A DNA stretch of 39,286 bases from a virus. Taxonomy: Duplodnaviria > Caudoviricetes. Shown piece after piece: positions 33,693 to 39,286 of this stretch. Position 1 is the first letter of the stretch; each line of letters opens with the position of its first letter. The position numbers and the translations under genes are program-made. The DNA is taken from positions 1 to 39,286 of the IMG/VR virus record IMGVR_UViG_3300024283_000063; one strand, 5' to 3'. The notes below the pieces were generated by a model, which saw only the letters and a list, made by a program, of their open reading frames with translations, did no database searches and had not been told where the DNA came from.

Positions 33693-35027
33693 TTAGCTGC
33701 CGACCAGGTTGGTCGATTTGATGAATGCCTCCGGCCGATACACCGCCAGCGCGAGACGTTCCTCGCAGCGGATGGTGATCAGGTTGCGAATGAAGTCATC
33801 CTCATTCATGGTGGCGATCACCACGTTGGCATCCTCGCGGTCAAACAGCTGCGCGCCGAGGCGGAATGCACCCACGAGGCCCGTGTCGCGCGTCATCGAC
33901 TTGGTAGCGACCACCGGCCGCGCCCACAGCGTCGGGTTGATCATCCCGACAGGGTTGCCGATGATGTAGCGACCGAGCGTGTCTTTCTTAAGCTCGATTT
34001 CCGTCCAGTCGATCGGGTGCATCACGATGCCGGTCGCCGGATACTCGGCCAGCTCAGCCTGCAGCAGCATCAGGCGGAACTGGTCGATCTTCGACGGGTT
34101 GGGCACGGTGGTCGGCGCAACGTACGTCGTAGCGGCGGTGTAGATGCCGTTGAGGTTGTTGCCGCTGCCCGATCCCTTGAGCAGTTGCGTTTCCTCCACC
34201 AGCTTCAGGCCATAGCGCAACCGGCCGTCAATCTGCGACTGCAATTGCATGAAGTCGTCGAGGATTTGCTTGGTCGCCTTGATGTAGTGCGCGATAGTGA
34301 CCACCGCAGACTGCACCTGCTCGTAGGCGATGTCGGAGGCGGGTTTGACGGTGCCTTCCGATACTGTCGCGGCGCTGTTGGTGAAGCCCGTCTCGCGCAG
34401 GTAGGCGATCAGGTTGGAGCTGGTGCGGCCCGGCGTGATCAGATCGCGGATCGTCAGGCGCTGATTCGGCTGGATGACAATACCGGGCTGCATGTCGGGC
34501 GACACACCAATGGTGCTTTGCTGCGTTTGCTGATCGCTCAGCAGCGTGGCGTTGAAGCGGTGCACGTAGCTGGAGTTATGCGTGCGCATGCCGTCACTTT
34601 CGACCCACGCCTTGAACGCGTCGTCGCTGACCAGTTGGCCGCCGATCGATTTTGGTGCGTCTTTTTCTTCGGTGCCGCGGCGGGCCAGCTTTTGCTCCAC
34701 TTCGAGCAATTGCGCCTGCAGTTCGCCCTGTTTCACCAGCATTTCGTCGACTTTTGGCTTGTCCAGCGCGTACATGTCGCCGTGTTTTTTGGCTTCTGCG
34801 AGAGCTTTGGCTCCCATCTCCTTGACGTCTTGGCTGATCTTGGCGAGCGCTTTCTCCGTGGCTTCGTGCAGGGCTTTCAGGTCGGTGGGCGGACCTTCAC
34901 CGAAGCGCGCGTGCAGCGCCAGGCTGTCGAGGTAATACACCAGCGAAAGGCCGATGGCCTTGGGTAGAGCGAGCGCGTAGATCAGCGCTACGGTGATAAA
35001 TTGAACGGCAATGCTAAATGTTTTCAT
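33693..35027 (-). CDS. HK97-fold major capsid protein with hydrophobic N-terminal extension
   Basis: RLTIRDL..PG.T.SN...Y.RETGFTN.AA.V.EG..KP, IAH.IKA.KQIL.D, LWARPVV, EERLAL.VYRPEAF; AGGAG RBS and ATGA overlap. Confidence 0.95.
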   Translation of the reverse strand: MKTFSIAVQFITVALIYALALPKAIGLSLVYYLDSLALHARFGEGPPTDLKALHEATEKALAKISQDVKEMGAKALAEAKKHGDMYALDKPKVDEMLVKQGELQAQLLEVEQKLARRGTEEKDAPKSIGGQLVSDDAFKAWVESDGMRTHNSSYVHRFNATLLSDQQTQQSTIGVSPDMQPGIVIQPNQRLTIRDLITPGRTSSNLIAYLRETGFTNSAATVSEGTVKPASDIAYEQVQSAVVTIAHYIKATKQILDDFMQLQSQIDGRLRYGLKLVEETQLLKGSGSGNNLNGIYTAATTYVAPTTVPNPSKIDQFRLMLLQAELAEYPATGIVMHPIDWTEIELKKDTLGRYIIGNPVGMINPTLWARPVVATKSMTRDTGLVGAFRLGAQLFDREDANVVIATMNEDDFIRNLITIRCEERLALAVYRPEAFIKSTNLVGS

Positions 35028-35866
35028 ACAGTGTGCTCCTGAAGTAGGGTTAAAAACGCGGTTGCATCCTCAGCAGCGATCTGCGTGCTGTCGTCGGCAG
35101 CGTTCTGCGTGCCGGTACTGAAATCTTTAATGAGCGCCCGCCGCTGGCTGCGCGGCATGCCCGCCTTCGCCAGGGCGAGGTCGATGGCGTGCGCGGCGAT
35201 GCGGTCGCCGCGGGCTTGCGTGTCTTTTTCCACCTGGTCGGCCGGCAGCAGATCGTCGGCGAAGCCCTGCTCCACCGCGGCCGCGCCGCCGATCCAGGTC
35301 TCGGCGTTCATCATTTTGCCGATGGCCTTGGCGTCGAGGCCGCTGCGCGCGGCGTAGATATCGGCCATCGCGGTGTCGAACGGCTCCAGCGTGTCGGCGA
35401 TCTCGCGCAGGTCGATGCGGTTGCCCATCGCCATCACCCAGGTGTTGTGGATCATCAGGAAACCGGCGCGCGCGATCAGCACTTCGTCGCCGGCCATGGC
35501 GATGATCGACGCGGCCGACGCGGCAATGCCCAGCACCTTGACGGTGACGCTGCCCTTGTGGTCGCGCAGCAGGTTGTAGATCGCCATGCCCTCAAACAGG
35601 TCGCCGCCGGGCGAATTGACGTTGACCACCACGTCCTGGTCGGCGCCGATCGCGCGCAGGGCGCCGGCGATACGCTTGGCGGTGACACCCTCGCCCGTCC
35701 ACGGATCCACGCCGATGGCATCGAGCACGGAGATCGTGTTGTCCGCCTTGTCGGCAGCCATCAACTCGGGCGTCCAGCGCTGCAGCGCCTGGGGCGCGAG
35801 ATCCCACTGCAGGCCCTGCGGGCGGTCGATCGACCGCGCTTGCGGCATGTTACGTTTGCGCATCAT
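35024..35866 (-). CDS. ClpP-like (S14) prohead protease
   Basis: NSPGGD.FEG.AIYN.L, GIAASAAS, LMIHN, ETW....AVEQGFAD. Confidence 0.92.
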   Translation of the reverse strand: MMRKRNMPQARSIDRPQGLQWDLAPQALQRWTPELMAADKADNTISVLDAIGVDPWTGEGVTAKRIAGALRAIGADQDVVVNVNSPGGDLFEGMAIYNLLRDHKGSVTVKVLGIAASAASIIAMAGDEVLIARAGFLMIHNTWVMAMGNRIDLREIADTLEPFDTAMADIYAARSGLDAKAIGKMMNAETWIGGAAAVEQGFADDLLPADQVEKDTQARGDRIAAHAIDLALAKAGMPRSQRRALIKDFSTGTQNAADDSTQIAAEDATAFLTLLQEHTV

Positions 35867-37152
35867 TTCTCCTGTGCGGACGGTTCGATTCCGAGCCACG
35901 CTTTGAGCGCGTTCTGCGCGTCGGCGCTGGAATTGGTGCCCTTCGCCATGTCGTCGATGGCGATCATTGCGCTTTGCACGGTAAGCACCGCGGCGTTGCC
36001 GCCCATCGGCGGATCGTTTTCTTTGGCGCGGCACTCATCGCGGGTTTTGAGACCGTTGTTCACCATCGTGGCGAAGTACGCGGCGCGTGTAGCCGAATCC
36101 GCCCGCAGCAGCCCTTCCATGTTGAACTCGGCGAAGTACGTCTTGCGCTCGGACGGCGTCAGCAGGCACTTGCGCACCGCCTGCTCGATGCGCACGCACC
36201 AGGTGCGCAGGGTGAACGTGAGAAACCACAGCATTTTCTGCTCGAGGCCGGTGCCCCAGTTGCTGTCCTTGCCGCCGTGGCCGATCATCGCTGGATCGAC
36301 GCGGAACCAGCGCGCAATCTCTTCGACGTTGTAGCTGCGGCTCGCCAACAACTCGGCGCTTACCGGGTCGAAGCCCAGCTTGTTATACCCGGCACCCTTT
36401 TCCAGTACATAGACGCCCCCGGCCTCTGACACTTTTTTCACATGCGCGCGGATGTCGTCGCGCTGTCCGCTCTTGAGCACCGAATCAACAGTGACCAGCC
36501 CCGTCGCTTTAGATGCGTCGCGGAACGTCACGGCGCTGGCGCGGTCGGTCTCGATCGCGGTGCCCAGCACGTTGACGCCATACGCCACCGGCGACAGGCC
36601 GCACACTCCGTCGGTGCTGAAGGCCGGGATGTGCATCATGGCGTCTTCGGCGATGACGCGCTCTTTGCTGTCGGGCTTGTCGCGATAGCGGTACTCGTAG
36701 CCGCCGTTCGCCAGCGCCTTGCGCGTGACGCAGGCCGGATGCAAAAAGCCCAGGCCCACCACTTTGCGGCCGCTGCGCAGCACTTCGATGTAGGCGTTGC
36801 CCCACAGCAGCATCGAGGCCACCACCACTTCCCAGAACACCACCGCGGTCATGTCGGCGTTCGGCTGGTTGTGCAGGATCTCGTACAGCTCGTGCGTCGT
36901 CGCCGGCGTGCGCGAACCGTCGGTGTTGCGCTTGTAAAAGCCGAGCGGCAGCGTGGCCAGGGTTTCAGAAATCAATCGCACGCAGGCCCAGGCGGTGGCA
37001 TTCTGCAGCGCGCTGTCGACGCTGACGGGCTTGCCCAGGAACGAGCTGCCGCCCAGCCACTGACTCCAGAAATCGCTGTTGGTCAAGCTGATCGGGACGC
37101 CGAGCCAGCTTTGCAATTGCGCGCGGACCTTGCCCACCAGCGGTAATTTCAT
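35863..37152 (-). CDS. HK97-family portal protein
   Basis: WACVRLISETLATLPL, PN..MTA..FW, LLWGNAY, GLSP, EEIARWFRV.P..IG, EGLLRAD. Confidence 0.95.
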   Translation of the reverse strand: MKLPLVGKVRAQLQSWLGVPISLTNSDFWSQWLGGSSFLGKPVSVDSALQNATAWACVRLISETLATLPLGFYKRNTDGSRTPATTHELYEILHNQPNADMTAVVFWEVVVASMLLWGNAYIEVLRSGRKVVGLGFLHPACVTRKALANGGYEYRYRDKPDSKERVIAEDAMMHIPAFSTDGVCGLSPVAYGVNVLGTAIETDRASAVTFRDASKATGLVTVDSVLKSGQRDDIRAHVKKVSEAGGVYVLEKGAGYNKLGFDPVSAELLASRSYNVEEIARWFRVDPAMIGHGGKDSNWGTGLEQKMLWFLTFTLRTWCVRIEQAVRKCLLTPSERKTYFAEFNMEGLLRADSATRAAYFATMVNNGLKTRDECRAKENDPPMGGNAAVLTVQSAMIAIDDMAKGTNSSADAQNALKAWLGIEPSAQEK

Positions 37153-38822
37153 ACGATGATCGGATCTCGCAACGAATCGGCAAGACTGCCTTGCGCTTCT
37201 GGGTTCAGCGACATCAAGGCAACGCCATTCAGTAGCGCCAGCAAAGGATCGATCTTCGCGTAGCCAGCCGCCTGCTTTGTAATGATTACTGCGTTTCCTC
37301 GCGGCTCGATCTTCGCGTTGCCGACACACCATGCCATCATTAGCTGTCCGCCGTGAATCATGCCGCCTTCCGCCAGCTTCCGTTCAGCGGTTTTGATCGA
37401 TCCGGTCATTTTCCATCCTTGAGTTATGCCGATGACTTTCTCGGCCGGAACTTCCGCCTCAACCATCGCATCGAGAATGCTGCCGATGCCGGCGGGGTCG
37501 ACGCCCACTTTATCCAGCTTCCCCGATTCTTCACAGTGCGCCACGAGTGCGGCAACCTCCGCTACGTCGTCGCCAATTTCGTGGACAAGCGTCAAATTTC
37601 CATCGCGCGCGAAATCGCGGAATCGTTCTGCCTCTGACTTGCGTCTCTCCAGCACTGACGGATGAGCCCAGGCATGCGTCCACACCAGCCACTCGCGTGT
37701 TTCTCCATCTCGCCCTACGACAGCGAATCCGAGCAGGTCATCGAGACCGCCGCCGTCTATGCCTACGGTCACTACTTCACAGCGTTCGAGCAAATCGTCG
37801 AGCGTGAATGCAGGGCGCGCCTGCGCTTCCCAATAATCGGCGCCTGCCCAGCGGTCAGAGTGCAGCGCCAGGCCTATTTCGACGTTCAAATGCTGCGATG
37901 CCCACGCGCGCAACTCCTCCTCGCTGGTCGACTGCGCGGCGTCAAACTCCTCCACCAGCCGCGCGATAGTCACCGACCTGCCAGCATTCGGCGTAACCAT
38001 GGGCCAGTTCTTTGGATTGCGCCAAACTGCCGCATCCTTCTGCATCGCCTGCGGAAACTCGTAAAGCACTGGCAGCATCGCGCCCGTTCGCTTACCGTCG
38101 CGGATCTCGCGCGCCTTCATCAACTCAGCGCGGAACACACCAGACGGCGCTTCCTCCGACTGCGTGGTGATGAAAGCCATGAACGCCTCTGGAAACGGCA
38201 ACATGCCGCCTCGCAACTGGCGTATAGCACTCGCCGCCTTCGACATTTTCGCCACGACATGCAGCTCATCGATCAGTACGCCCGCGCATTTCTGCCCGGT
38301 CACCACTGCCGGGTCGAACGTCATTATCTGCAGCGTCGCGTTCGTCTCGCGGTGAATGATCGTTTTCAAGTGCTGCCGAACGTGCAGTTTTTTCGACAAC
38401 ACAGGGTCGAGCGCAATCGTGCCGGCAGCCGCCTCGAACGCAATCTCCGCCACGTCGTGCACCGGCGCCAGCATCAAGAACGGCGCATTAGGACGCCGGC
38501 TCAGCAGCAGCGCTGTAACCATCAGCAGCGCGCCGTTTGAAGTCTTGGCGTTTTTCTTCGGCACCATCAGGAATAACTCCCGGATGGCGCGCTCCTGGGT
38601 GACAGGATCAAGCGAGCCGAACAGCGCTCGGACTATCTCGCGGAACCACTCGCCACCAGCATCGGCCAGTGCCGGCGTTCCAGGCACATCGTGCAGCCGC
38701 AACTTGTTGAACACCGCCACGGCGCGATCGCCGGACGGCTTGTGCAGCGGCAGATCGGGGACAAGCGACTCCCCTTTGAGAATCTTACTTTCCCACTCCT
38801 TGCAGCTCAGATCCCATGCCAT
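37149..38822 (-). CDS. terL: Terminase large subunit
   Basis: Walker A-like VPKKNAKT, Walker B VLIDELH, nuclease GIDGGGLDDL and KIDP. Confidence 0.95.
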   Translation of the reverse strand: MAWDLSCKEWESKILKGESLVPDLPLHKPSGDRAVAVFNKLRLHDVPGTPALADAGGEWFREIVRALFGSLDPVTQERAIRELFLMVPKKNAKTSNGALLMVTALLLSRRPNAPFLMLAPVHDVAEIAFEAAAGTIALDPVLSKKLHVRQHLKTIIHRETNATLQIMTFDPAVVTGQKCAGVLIDELHVVAKMSKAASAIRQLRGGMLPFPEAFMAFITTQSEEAPSGVFRAELMKAREIRDGKRTGAMLPVLYEFPQAMQKDAAVWRNPKNWPMVTPNAGRSVTIARLVEEFDAAQSTSEEELRAWASQHLNVEIGLALHSDRWAGADYWEAQARPAFTLDDLLERCEVVTVGIDGGGLDDLLGFAVVGRDGETREWLVWTHAWAHPSVLERRKSEAERFRDFARDGNLTLVHEIGDDVAEVAALVAHCEESGKLDKVGVDPAGIGSILDAMVEAEVPAEKVIGITQGWKMTGSIKTAERKLAEGGMIHGGQLMMAWCVGNAKIEPRGNAVIITKQAAGYAKIDPLLALLNGVALMSLNPEAQGSLADSLRDPIIV

Positions 38823-38828
38823 GCGTGC

Positions 38829-39248
38829 CTATTGCGGCGTGGTGGTGCTCAGTAGGTTTTCCCAATCCGTGCCAGCATGGGCGATAAGCGCATCTGACTG
38901 CGCCTTCGCTTTTTTCCCTTCGGGTAATTTGGGCGGCTCAACCGGCACAGGCGGAGCGCTTACGCGGACACTCATAGCCGCGTAATTCTTCTGAGCGGCG
39001 GCGTTGCCATTTTTAGCCGTAGCGTGCATTGCCTCGATGACTTCGGCGTGGCGTTCATACGCGCCAATCGAAAGCTCGTGGACGAAATATTTTTCAAGCG
39101 TGTTGCGGGAAATGCCCAGGCAAATAGCGATTTCCTCGTGAGTCCACCCGGCGCCAGCAACAACAGAAACTCGGTGTCGCTGTTTCGCTGTCGGTTGAAA
39201 CGCATTTCGTGACAAATTAAACCCCTTTAATTGCGCAAATTCAGACAC
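38829..39248 (-). CDS. terS: Terminase small subunit
   Basis: HTH EEIAICLGISRNTLEKYF..EL, A..GN.AAQ, GKK; directly upstream of terL. Confidence 0.85.
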   Translation of the reverse strand: MSEFAQLKGFNLSRNAFQPTAKQRHRVSVVAGAGWTHEEIAICLGISRNTLEKYFVHELSIGAYERHAEVIEAMHATAKNGNAAAQKNYAAMSVRVSAPPVPVEPPKLPEGKKAKAQSDALIAHAGTDWENLLSTTTPQ

Positions 39249-39286
39249 TTAAAAACGCCACGCCGGATAAAAAATCTCCGCGTGTC

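Larger units (their letters stand above)
1..39286. mobile_element. Near-complete temperate siphovirus genome (HK97-type head, lambdoid immunity/integration, GTA-like tail tip), excised form
   Basis: Packaging, head, tail, lysis, int/xis/attP, immunity, replication and Q modules are all present with no recognisable host genes; the ends join HNH to small terminase. Confidence 0.95.

Noticed and set aside
33606-38985. Long plus-strand ORFs (33606-34967, 35189-36334, 37662-38540, etc.)
   Set aside because: Antisense shadows of well-supported GC-rich capsid, protease, portal and terminase genes; no motifs
1-39286. tRNA, rRNA, CRISPR array, IS elements
   Set aside because: None recognised by eye; intergenic spaces are short. 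tRNAscan/CRISPR tools were not run

Overview
The window appears to be an essentially complete (~39.3 kb) temperate siphovirus genome, probably from a betaproteobacterial host (inferred). It is in the excised form with an intact attP, and it is opened between the packaging HNH gene and the small terminase gene, where cos is expected. The minus strand carries the late operon: terminase, HK97-type portal, ClpP-like protease and capsid, head-tail joining genes, tail, a GTA-like tail tip (DUF2460/DUF2163/NlpC-P60/central fibre), two receptor-binding proteins, and a holin/GH19 endolysin/spanin lysis cassette. It also carries the cro-cII-RusA-DUF1376-Q early-right operon. The plus strand carries cI, a small lipoprotein, the YqaJ recombination/early-left operon, xis and int. 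The main finding is a glycosyltransferase module inserted between the capsid gene and the head-tail connector. It has four predicted GT domains. The three-domain enzyme lacks a start codon for its conserved N-terminal motif and appears to be fused to the small post-capsid protein by a -1 frameshift (A7 slippery site plus a predicted pseudoknot). This suggests a capsid-targeted virion glycosylation system. All family assignments come from motif recognition by eye, not database searches.
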